DNA of 64,000 nt from Rhodosorus marinus CCMP1338 (lineage: Eukaryota > Plantae > Rhodophyta). The position numbers and the translations under genes were made by a program. The notes beneath the pieces were generated by a model. That model ran no database searches. It was not told the origin of the DNA and saw nothing but the letters and a program-made list of their open reading frames with translations. Shown one piece after another: positions 35,938 through 47,175 of the stretch; position 1 is the first letter of the stretch; each line of letters begins with the position of its first letter. The DNA is taken from NCBI GenBank assembly GCA_029953675.1, contig JAMWBK010000007.1, positions 992,001 to 1,056,000 on the forward strand. The letters are read 5' to 3'.

Positions 35938-38900
35938 ATGTCATCAAGGACGGGCGAGGTCTCCAACCATCGTAGGGGGGGTCGCAGTACCCGTGGGAGG
36001 ACACGCGCAAGCAGGTGCTCCCGATTCTTAGATGATTTTCAAATGCCACTCCTGGACGTGAATCGAAGGAGGAAGTTCTTGGACGTCGTGGATGAACACT
36101 TAAGTAGTCGATCAGTGTCTGACGCAACTCGGGTGATCGAACAGTTGGCGACTGATGTAGGCCAGGAGCGGTTGGTGGAGGTGTTCAGCCATAGAGTTGC
36201 CGGTATCGTCTCGGACAGGAAGCTAGAGGAAGAGCTCAATATGTCAGTGATCAGGTTACTGGCACGTCCCGAAGTTGCCCAAAGTGTTGTTGCGTCGAAG
36301 ATCTACACAGCTTTTGCGCAGTTCGCTGTGAAGTTCTTTACCCAAGTTTTTGAAGAGGACGTCCTTTCTCGATTGGAAAACCATCCCGAGATGTTTGATG
36401 TATCGTCGCCATTGGGAAACAGGACTTTGACCTTTGGTCTCACGAGATTTGCAAGGAGAATTCTCCTCGCTTACAAGGCTTTCTATGAAGTACTCTACCG
36501 AGTCCCGGATATTGTGAGGCAGGACGTCCAAGCTTCTTTGAACTTGGTTGAGCTGATGTTCAAACCACACGAGGAGATCGTAGCTTGGAGCCAAGTGGAT
36601 TCCCTGGGGCTAAGCAACCTCACCGACCCTGCGGTTCGGCAGTACTTGGTATCGGCAGCGTCGCTGCTGACGAAGATACAACATATTGCTGAAGAGATCC
36701 ATGCTCAAGCGCTTATGGGAGAGACTGTTCAACGTGATTCGCTAAAGAGTGGCGATCGGTCAGATGAGAGCAGAGCTGGAGGAGAAATTCCCGCGCGAAA
36801 CGGACCAGGCGTTTTGTCTCTAAGCAAGAGCGCTCGTCATGACAACGACTTTGAGGATTATAAAAAAATTTCCGTTTTGCCAACTGAGATGGAGATATAC
36901 TCGAAGCTATGAGACTTCTTGCCGAGGGACGGCGTCGAGGGAAAAGCTTTTTGTGCGCCTGAAAACTTCCTGCCGCACGGGACACTGCGACTCTTCGACA
37001 AGCATTTTCGGCTACTGCGACATGATTTTCTGTGCCAAGTGCGTAACGCAGTGACTGCATTCGTGGGCTTCCTACAAGACAACCAGGTAAGTCAAACGGA
37101 ACGACGTGCGAAGATGAAGATGAATTGGGCTCAGCTTGAGAAGGAAGAGCGTATAGAAAACTTCAATGTTTATCACAATGTGCAAGTCATAGGCTGCGAA
37201 ATGTACAGACAGGGAGTCGGTTTTGAGATATGCTTCTCCTGCCCGATTCGGATAAGTCGACATCTAAAGTCGACGTCGACGCGTGAGGAGTTTTGGACTT
37301 CCCATAGCAACCTTCTGACCTTCGGCAACGTTGTTTGTATTGTGGTAGACGACGAGACCCACAAGCCTCGGCTGCTGGTATGCTCGATTGTCCGACGAGA
37401 CCCAAAGCACATGATGAACCCGGAGATGGGAGATGCTCGTTTGGGTGTGGCTCCAGTGGATGATGGCTCCAGCGCGGACTTCTTGGCGTCTTTGATAAAG
37501 TCAGCTGAAAAGCGAAGAATTTTTATGGTGGAGGTTCCTGGTCTCCTCTTCGAACCCTATAGATGCCTCCTGAATTACCTCCAGGAAACTGTACCAGGGG
37601 TAATGCCGTTTGCGGAAATTCTTGCTCCGAGTCCGAAAGATCAGGACCCAGTTGGAGTTTTCCACCCACCGGCGAGAGTCTGCAGGGTGGATGCTCCGGA
37701 GTTTACCTATTGCAAAAACTTTAGGTACAAGTTAGGGGATCTGCTTCATCCACCGCGGCGGCTTACATTCACTCCGAATAGCATGGACACGGAACACCGG
37801 TCCTCTGTTTGCAGAGAACTAGCTGATGGGTGCGACTTGGATGATGGGCAGCGTGAAGCTCTTCTCAACGTCCTTTCTCACAAAGTAGCGCTTGTGGAGG
37901 GTGAGATATTTGCTTTCGAATAGTGCTCGAAGGTCGTTACGAATCTAACTTGAGATCTTTCAAACCCTCCTCTTCCTTCAGGACCTCCCGGTACCGGAAA
38001 GACAAAACTAGGAGTGGACATTGTCCGCGTGCTCTTGGAAACGAAAGAAGCGCAGCCTCAGCTCCTGCAGGGCCCGATATTCTGCATCTGCTACACCAAT
38101 CATGCATTGGACCAGTTTTTGAATCATCTGCTGGAGAACAAGGTGACGGGCATTGTTCGAATTGGTGCACGGAGCAAGGATGAGAGGATTGGCAAACTCA
38201 ATCTTGAGACCTTGGTTGCGACTGCTGAGGATAGAATATTCAGAGGGAGGGAATTCTACCACAATAGAGAGAGACTAAAGCAACTAGAGACAGTGAACCA
38301 AAGTCTGCATGAAAAAATTATCGGCAGGAGAAGCTTGGACTTTGAAGACGTGCAAGAGCTTCTCCCCCCGGGCTGTTTAGAGGAGGTGGAGGTTCTCGAT
38401 CACGTGGAATGGAAGGACCATAATGAAATAACTGGACCAAGGGGACAAGAAGAGCTCACGCTGGGTTCTCGTGGTCCGTCGTTGACGCGTTTGTTTCATC
38501 ATTGGCGTCGATGTGAGGATATAACTGCCATGGAAAATACCCTGGTTGAACTTGAGAATCGCCTCAGGCGGGGTTCGGGAGTAGCGAACGGGACTTGGAG
38601 CGGGATCGAGAATTCTTTTGCGATCCTCGAGAACGAGACATCGGAGTCGAGTTCGGAGTCCGAGTCCGACATGAACGATGACCTCCTGGCGCAGATTGAA
38701 TCTTTGCGCGGAAGCATAAAGCGCCTCAAGAACAGGGACTCCGTGCGAAGTGCAGAGGAGATTATTTCTGTCGGCGAGAAATTCAAGCTGTTCGAGCTGT
38801 GCCAAGCGGAGAGGGCAACCTTGTACGCTTTCCTGGTGGAACAGATGCGGGGGCGATTAATTGCGGAGCTGAACATGGGTTTGGCTGAAGCGAATGAGTG

Positions 38901-41900
38901 TTATAATATGCAGAGAAACATGAATAATGAGCAGAGGAAGTATATCTTGCAGAATAGTCCGATAATAGCAGCGACGACAAGTGGTGCCGCAAAACACTGT
39001 CAGATGATTCTGGCGGCGCGACCGTTTGCCTTGATTTGCGAGGAGGCTGCCGAGGTGCTTGAAGTACATGTTCTGGCCTCGCTTAGTGCAAGCGTTCAGC
39101 ACATGATCCTGATCGGCGATCACCTGCAACTGAGGCCATTAGTTCAAACATACGACCTGACTATAGAAGGAGGGAAGGGCTATAGGCTGAACGAGTCGCT
39201 ATTTGAAAGACTGGTTAATCAGTATCCAGACCACTACCCTAGCTCGAAGCTTTTGGTTCAGAGGCGAATGAGGAAGGACGTATCAGACACGATACGCGAG
39301 ACTCTGTACCCGGAGCTGCTGGATGGAGAAAACACATTGGAATTCCCGGACGTGAGGGGAATGGGGAAGAATGTGTTCTTCCTTCACCATACGCATGCGG
39401 AGAACCAACACGATCGCATGAGCGCTTCATCGGACAGGAGCAAAACCAACTTGTTTGAGGTCGATCTAGTCGAGGCGCTTGTCCTATACCTCGTGAAGAA
39501 CGGGTACAACGGACAGAAGGATATTGCGGTCCTTACGCCGTACCTTGCTCAGCTCTTTTTGATAAAGAAAGCCCTCCAAAGGCGAATAGTCGTTACGCTC
39601 GCCGAAAAGGACATGGACCTTTTGGCAAGGGAGCGCCTCGACGAGGATCCGAGCCAGGGGGCTCAGGGTGTCTCTACGTACTTCACCAACGAATCCCTTT
39701 CACAAAGCGTGAGGGTCTCCACGGTGGACAACTTCCAGGGAGAGGAAGCTAACATCATTGTTCTGTCGCTTGTGCGCAACAGTGGCTCACCGGACGTTGT
39801 AGACAGGCCGATAGGATTTGTGCGCAATTCAAACAGGATCAACGTGATGTTGTCGAGAGCTAGGTATGGAATGTACATAATGGGCAACGCCTATCAGCTC
39901 GAGTTTCAGAGCAATATGTGGTCCAGAATACTGGCGACCCTGAAAGAAAAGGGCCTTCTCGGTGCGGCTTACCCCCTGACTTGTCATACACACAAGGACT
40001 ATCACGTGTTGGTAAAGTCAGCCGAAGAATTCTACCGCATCTCGCCCGACGGAGGATGTCCGAGGCCATGTGGGGTTCGCCTGCCATCATGCGGGCATAT
40101 CTGTCCCCTTACATGCCATGCATATGATGCTGAGCACAGGTTGACAAAATGCAACGCGATTTGTTTGAGACTTCGGGAAACGTGCGATCACTCGTGTCCA
40201 GCGAGATGCGGGGAAGTTTGTCCCCCGTGCCAAGTTTTCGTTGGGTCGTTGACGCTCAAGTGCGGTCACGAACTGTCACGAGCTCGGTGTTTTCAGAAGT
40301 TGGGAGTCGACTCAATTCAGTGCGTGGTTCCGGTGGGCGTGACGCTGCCATGCGGGCACGAGAAAACAGTCGAGTGTTCTATTCTCGAAGATGAGCACTT
40401 TTGTCAAAAGCAGTGTACGCACGTACTGGAGTGTGGGCATACTTGCGAGGCGGTTTGTGGTTCTTGCGCGAGAGCGAAAGAAGGCTTGAGACAACATCCA
40501 AAGTGCCGACGTGCGCGCGATCGACCACTGAATTGCGGGCACCTCTGCAATGTTGAATGCAACGTGCATGTCACCAAGGAGTCGGACGGACAGCAACGGA
40601 CACTATGTCCGCCTTGCAAGGCACTGTGTGTGAATGCGTGCGAACACTCCTCCTGCAACGCAGCGTGCAGTGTCGTTTGCGTCAGCTGTGCTGAACCTTG
40701 CGCTTGGAAGTGTCCACACAAGAATAGGAAATGTCCACTACCATGTGGTGCGCCCTGCTCCATGTTGCCCTGCGATTTTCGCTGCCCAGAAAGGCTACCG
40801 TGTGGACATAGGTGCCCGGGTTTGTGCGGCGAACCGTGCCCGGAATCCACCTTCTGCCATACCTGCGGGAATCAGTCTACGAAGAAGCTTTTGGTAGACT
40901 ATGTTTTGATGTCTAAGTACGAGGATATCAACCCCGACAAGGACCCAGTAGTTTTCTTAAACTGCGGCCATCCTATGACTATGGAGAGCATCGACAATCT
41001 CATGGAGATCGACAAGGTCTACGTGCGATCCCGAGTTTCGGCAGAGTTTGTCGATCTAGTACCATACAACGTGTCCAGCATTTTGTCAGAGAAGAGGCCC
41101 GTGTGCCCTTTATGCCGCACACCGATTCACGGCGTGCGTCGATATGGGCGAATTCTCAATCAGCACACGCTCAGCGCGATTATGAGGAACTTCAAGTACG
41201 AGTTCCTGCGCGTCAAGGAAAGTTTCGACTCAGCTGCAGATCACAGAGCCAGGCTTTTGGAGAAATACAGAGAGGAATTCAAATCCCTTGCTCAACGCAA
41301 GAGCAACGAAACCTTGAGAGAAGAGCGAAACGTTTCGGGCGGACGTACAAGCATAGACAGGTATCATTTGAACCTCTGCAATTCGGCAGTCAAGAAAGTC
41401 AACTCCGTCTTTCCAATGAGAACCATCGAACGTTTCTACAAACGGAGTCGCCACCCTCCAACCGAAAGAGTCTACCAAGCGAGCTTGGTCTACATGGAAA
41501 ATGACCTGCTCGATTCGGAATCGTGCGAAGCTCAGGTTGGCTTGGAGACACCACGTCCGGACTATGAGCTATGCATTTGGAGCGCCATGCAATATGCAGA
41601 GTTCCTGCACCAGCAGGCCGACGCGCTAGTGCTGATGACGAAATTGAAACCTGCTGGAATGGACGTGAACAAACTGATAGAAGTTGCTTTCATCGACCTT
41701 CTGCATGCTTACAAGTGGTACATGGACAAGGCACTCGTGGATGCGACCGCAGCCAAGTACTACAGACATGCGGCGAACACTCGTCTCGCAGTGGCGGGTT
41801 TGAACTATGCTGTGATGCAGTTAATTCAGCAGCACCAAGAAGTGGTTAGGAAGCTTGTGGCTGTTCGCCACCAAAACGCCATAGCTCCGAATACTACGAG

Positions 41901-42504
41901 AAACAGTTTTCGAGAATTCATTCTGACGCTGAAGGACTGGCTGGACTATGTTGGTCGTAAAGACAAGCGCGTAGTTGCTAAGGACTGTCAGAGGGTGCAT
42001 GACTTGCTCGTGACTACGAATTTGGACGAGGCTGTGTCTATCTGTCCCGATGGATACAAGCCGATCCTGGAAAAGGCCGTTGCTGAAGCAAGAAAGGAGT
42101 ATAGCCGCGAAAACACGGCAGAATACAAACTTGCTCTACGATTAGAAATTATCGAAGCCATGAAAGCGTCGAGTATTGGCCTAGGTACGTAGCCTCCAAC
42201 CCCACGTGGTTTACGACAGTTTCTAACCCAAAGTCCTCCACTCCACGCTGATCGGATATGTATGACCAGGAGTCCTTCATCATTGTCCAAGAGGCCATTT
42301 GGTAAGCAAGACCAGTAGTATTTCCGCAAGCGGTAGTCTCCTTGCAAGCAGGGTCTTTCGCTCATACAATTCTAATCGTATCTTTCGTAGTACTCAATCA
42401 TGAACTGTGGTGAGGCAAATCAAGCAGCCCATTGCGTCGAGTATGGATTGCCGATCGGGGGATCGAATTATGCCCTACTACCAGGGAACAGAAGGATAAC
42501 CTGA
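35938..42504 (+). CDS. ZNFX1: ZNFX1-like SF1B (UPF1-like) RNA helicase with NF-X1 zinc fingers, RING-like domain and RZ finger; one in-frame TGA at 36910-36912
   Basis: Exons 35938-37900, 37982-42184, 42270-42301 and 42391-42504 total 6312 nt. Motifs: RHDND...ISVLPT, RLLRHDF, EG|PPGTGKT (split by an 81-nt intron), CYTNHALDQFL, CEEAAEV, IGDHLQLRP, SLFERL, TVDNFQGEE, NRINVMLSRAR, a Cys/His NF-X1 array, CGH...CPLCR, and C-terminal CPRGHLYSIMNCG...IGG. Confidence 0.92.
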
Positions 42505-43122
42505 CCCTTCCAGTGGCCTACGAGTCAGCGGAGCACAGCCCAGACTTCTCACCCCGAATCCGCGCTTCCGGCAAGATAATCCGGTTCGTGTTATGTATCC
42601 TCTGAAAACCTAAAAACGGAATAGTCGGTTTTCAGTGTTGATGCGATCTCCCATCAGCAACACCCGTAAAGGCCACTAGTATATCGATCAGCAACACCGG
42701 TGCACAGTTTCGGTTTCAACTCGTTCCTAGCTGATCCAAGCTCTGGTTCCAGGCAAGCTTGTGCTGGGAAGTGGGTCTTCACATTTGAGTCAGGGGCCGA
42801 ATCACGGAAAGCCATTTGGCTCACGGAGGCTGCCCTACTCATCCGCCGATTCAACATCAGTCAAGCATCTCTGGGCACATTTGCACATCTCTTGCGCACT
42901 AAGTTATGAGCATTTGGTCAAGCCAGGCGATCCTCGTTGAGATGCCGAGTCTGTTCCGGTTCAGGGACCAAGTCAAAACGGCTTTTACAAAGTTCGATGG
43001 CCATGCTTCGAGCACCCAAATCCGAATAGCACGGGCGTTCTGCTGCTTGTGTGTGTGGATTAGTCGATTTGCCGAACGCTGACCACCCCATCCTCCGCGC
43101 AAACTCGAAAATACTGTAAAGA

Positions 43123-44983
43123 TTAGAATGGGTCCGCAACATCGTCTTCGTCATCGTTCGGTAGGTCATCATCAAAATTCAGCGCCCTAGCCCTGTACCG
43201 ACCACTTCCACGTTCGGAGCCGTCGTTCGAGTCTACCAGATCCCTCATCGACGTCTCCAATTTCTCGGCTGTCTGGAGGACGATATCATTCGTAGGATTC
43301 TCTAGTAGAGCCTGTTTGAGATGCTTCCATCCTTCCTCGAACTCTCGATGCTCCGTCAAGATATCCACGATCTCAACCCTAGCTCTTGAGACCGCCGCTC
43401 GCTGCCCCCGAGATCCGTCGCCTTTATATTTGTCTATATATTCTTCCAGAGTTTTGATGGCACTAGCAACTTCACCATCCTGTTCGTGCCTTCTAGCCAA
43501 CCCGATCACTGCCGGCACGCACTTTGGGGAGAGCTTGAGGGCCTTCTGAAATGCTGACATAGCTTTGCTTAGCCTCTCCAAGGAGATCATGACCTATAGA
43601 ATTCGCATCGGAGTTCGGTGTGTGAAGTAAATATCTGATTCAATCTCAACAGAACGCTGCAGTAAGCTCTGTACCTTGGCGTATACGCAGTAGGCGTAAG
43701 CCGAGTTAGGCGATCTCCGGATAGCATCTTTTGCTGTAAGATGTGCCTCGGAGATCGCACCGTTTCGCAATTGGATCTCAGCAAGGCTGATCTGCTGCGA
43801 TGGCCTCAACGAGATCGGATTCTGTAGCTTCCTTGCCTCCCTCTCACAGATTCTCTGAAGTTGTGCATCCAGTTTGGAGCCGTGATCTTTGTCATCCTGA
43901 AGCTTACAAAGCATAGCCGAAGATCTCCATGCGACCGGAGAGAACTCGTCTACCTCAACGAGCGAGGAACACAGAGAAGTCAGCTCGGATCCCTGTCCGT
44001 TCTCCAGGAGGAGCGAGCAGTAGTCATCCATGCTTCGCGTGGTCCACGAGTCCGCGGATCTCGCCATCTGGAACGCCCTGGAGCTTCGTTCAGCCGCTTC
44101 AAAATCGCTCAAACCTACGTACTGCTCATACTCTGCTTCAGCCAGCGTGATGGTCAGCGGTACACACTTTGGCGCCTTCAAGACCCCACGATGAAGCTCA
44201 AAACGAGCGCCTTCGATGTCTCCAGACGATATGGAAGCGATTCCTACAGAGACGCGGTGGCGCTTTGAATCTCTGAGAAAAACGCGGCCGAGCTTCTTCA
44301 AATCAGTTGTTCAATAGTCGTTCCTACCTCTGAAATAGTTCTGCATGGCCTCGACTATCACATCCGGGATTCCAACAGTTGAGCAGCTCCTCGTTATCTG
44401 ATCCAACGTTGAAGTTTCTAGTTCTCCGCCAGACTCCAATAGCAAAACGGCGGCTTCGATGGCCAGCGGGTTTCTCTTCAACGCGTTCTTGAAGCACGCT
44501 CTCGCCGCGCGAATCGCCGAGCTATCGAGGTACAGCTTTCCGAGCAAAATTTCCGCTTCAACGTCACATTCCGATCCTCGAATTGACTCCAACATCTTCA
44601 GAGCGCTCTCCTTTCTGCCGCTCGCGACGTAGGCCTTCGCAATCTTCTTCCGGACCCCCGCCACCTTGACCGATGGCTCCAAGCTCGACGCGGTAAGCGC
44701 CCGTTTGTACTTCTCAACCGCGCTCAAGTACTTGCCCTGAGCGTAGAGCGAATCACCAAGAATCTCTGCCGTCTCAAACACAGAAGACGCTGACAGACTT
44801 CCAGAGCCTCCCAGGAGGAGCCATCCGAAGAGTTCAGCGGAACCTGTTGTCACAGTTGCGAAAAGTATAAGCCGATTAGATCAGAGGTAGATCTGAATAG
44901 TAAACCCAAGATAGTCCCTTTAAAACGTCCTCACCATGAAGTCCTTGAGACGATAAATTTCTCAAACTCACAGATGGACCCAT
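43123..44983 (-). CDS. ANAPC7: Anaphase-promoting complex subunit 7 (TPR protein)
   Basis: ATG at 44983. Introns at 44934-44844, 44327-44244 and about 43674-43592. LGDSLYAQGKYLSAVEKYKRAL, ALKRNPLAIEAA and FQMARSADSWTTRSMDDYCSLL match APC7 TPRs as recalled. Acidic C-terminus. Confidence 0.8.
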
Positions 44984-47175
44984 TGTCTCTACTCCTTCCA
45001 CACCCATCACTAACCCCCTTCCTCACCAACCGATCCCAAATCCGATCAGCCGATCGGGTGAATGGATCTTAGCAAAACTTATCCGCAATCTTCCCTTGAA
45101 AACTCAACTAAAACGTCTTCGACAGCGTTCCCACCGATCTTCTTCCGTAACCCAACCCGCCGCGTTCAGAGATGGCTTGGAGGCAGAACAAAAAAAAACC
45201 GCGTTTGCATTTTTCAACAGCGCTCAAATACGTTCTCTCGACCCTTGCCGAATCAATCCCGCCTCCCTCCAAAACCCCTAGTGAACAGATCAGAGCAAGA
45301 CTATCTGCTTTGCTACCAGCAAAGGTTTAACAAAATATTCGACCAGCAGGTTCCGGACCTTGAAGAAACTCCACCCATACACGTCAACGTTCTCTGATTT
45401 CAGTCTGTTGACCAGTGGCTCTTCAATCGGCTTGTTTTACTCCTTAATCAGTTCCGGTCCTCCCCCTCGGACTTGATGTAGTGAATAGATGAGAATAGAC
45501 TATCCACCTTCCTGAAAGACTACGTGCAAAACATAGACGAGAAGAAACAGATGCTTGCGGGATTGGAAGAGGTCCACCTGCACGTCAAAGGTTGCGCAGT
45601 TCTGTTTGTTGATCAGTCGCTTTGTTTTGGTACCGCAAAGCAGTTCCGCTCCCGCCTCCGGTCGCCGTTTCAATCCGCGACTATCCATAGAAACCTGATT
45701 TAGTCGATCTGTTAATCCCGTGTGTCTAGTGAAATACAATTTTCTCACCCCTAAACGGAGATCCTTCTCTTTGCTTTCTAATGAAAAGATGGAGCGCTTC
45801 CCTTCGCAACTAAGCTCTTCTGCTTTACTCAGGTCTCTATTCTAATCCGCCGCCCACATCAACCACTGATCAATTTACGTTCAATTCCGCCACCATTCGA
45901 TGCGACATTCAAAAAAAAACCTCTTCTCGCTCCGTTGAATAGCTCAATACTGCACCTAACACTTTTGAAGTGGAGGCTTTCTTCAAGCTCAGGAGAACTT
46001 CGTGTAGCTCAATGAAGTGAACGGCTACAAGCTCGCGGGTCTCAAAGAAAAGAAGACCCCGTGTGCTCCCCCGCATCTATGCTGGGTTTCAGTTGAGTAG
46101 CTTCGGAAGAGACAGTGGTCCCTGCCGCCACGCATTCGGCTAGTAATCAGTTCGCACCTCTCAATATACCTTGGAGGCACGGATTTCAGCGCAAGCGAGA
46201 TTCTACATGCCGTACTGTCTAACTGAAGATGGTGAAGGTGTTTTAATCAGCAAGAACTGCTGGAAAAACTAATTGCCGTGTGGTGGTAGATCCTGATCCC
46301 AGTAGCGAAAGTCGGTAAAAGCACCTCTTCCACAATTTGACTTCCTTGACCCCTTGGATGAGAGCAATCGGTTATCGACCGTGTGAGGAGTCCTATACAA
46401 GTTGTCTTCAAGCGTAGAAGGTTGTTGTAAACCTCTTCATCGCAAATCCCGTCCCACGAGCTGAGAACTGCCGATGGACGAAGATGCGACAATGTACGTA
46501 TTGGCTTGCCGGCTACTTCCGGTGCTCACCGCTTTCCATGCCGCAGCCCCGCAACCGCACGGCCATCATGTTTGTTTTTTCCTGATCTACCTCCCGGTTG
46601 CATCTCTGCTGAATACATCCTCCGTGGCCTCGCACATCAAGCTCCATGATAGGGCATTGAGAAATCTAATGTTCCCTCTTGCTTTTCAGCAATGATAATT
46701 TCAGTCCGGAGATTTGCAGGTGTTCCTCGTCTGCTATGGCTTGCTCGAGGCAAGGCTTCGAAAATGTTCTCCACAAACTTAGTGGGACTTTCTAATCCAA
46801 TCTGCTGATCTGTTTGTTCCAAAGGCCTCAACGTCCTCTGCTCCTCAAGCGAGGACGAGAATTCCTGCACGGCTGGATTCATAAAACAGTCTGCGATTGG
46901 ATGCCTGGAGAAGTTCAAGGCGCCTTCAGCTTTGACCAAGAGGATCTAGTGCTGATCAGACAAGCATCTCTCTCAACGAAGGCATTGTATTGCGCGAGGT
47001 CAACATGATTAATTTCCCCTTCCCACTGGTCTTCTTCGCTTCTTGCGTCTCGGAATGCCCGTTTCAGTGTTCGGAAGAGTCCTTAAACTCGCTCCGACTA
47101 GGTTCGCAGCAAATAGACCATGTTAGCATCAGCAAGCAGATAAGTAAAAGCGAGGACAACAGTCCGCAGCGAATG

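Noticed and set aside
44244-44327. Apparent in-frame TGA (44311-44313) in APC7, which would suggest a second recoded gene
   Set aside because: An 84-nt GTAGGA…TCTCTGTAG intron removes it. The spliced MQNYFR|GIASISSGD aligns better to APC7 (plant LQRYVEA…, human WIKAYAFVHTGD), and the next TPR keeps its register. This is normal splicing.
46247-46939. Same-frame minus-strand ORF fragments between APC7 and the mannosidase
   Set aside because: Several stops lie between the fragments and no domain is recognisable. Possibly a decayed gene, but unsupported.
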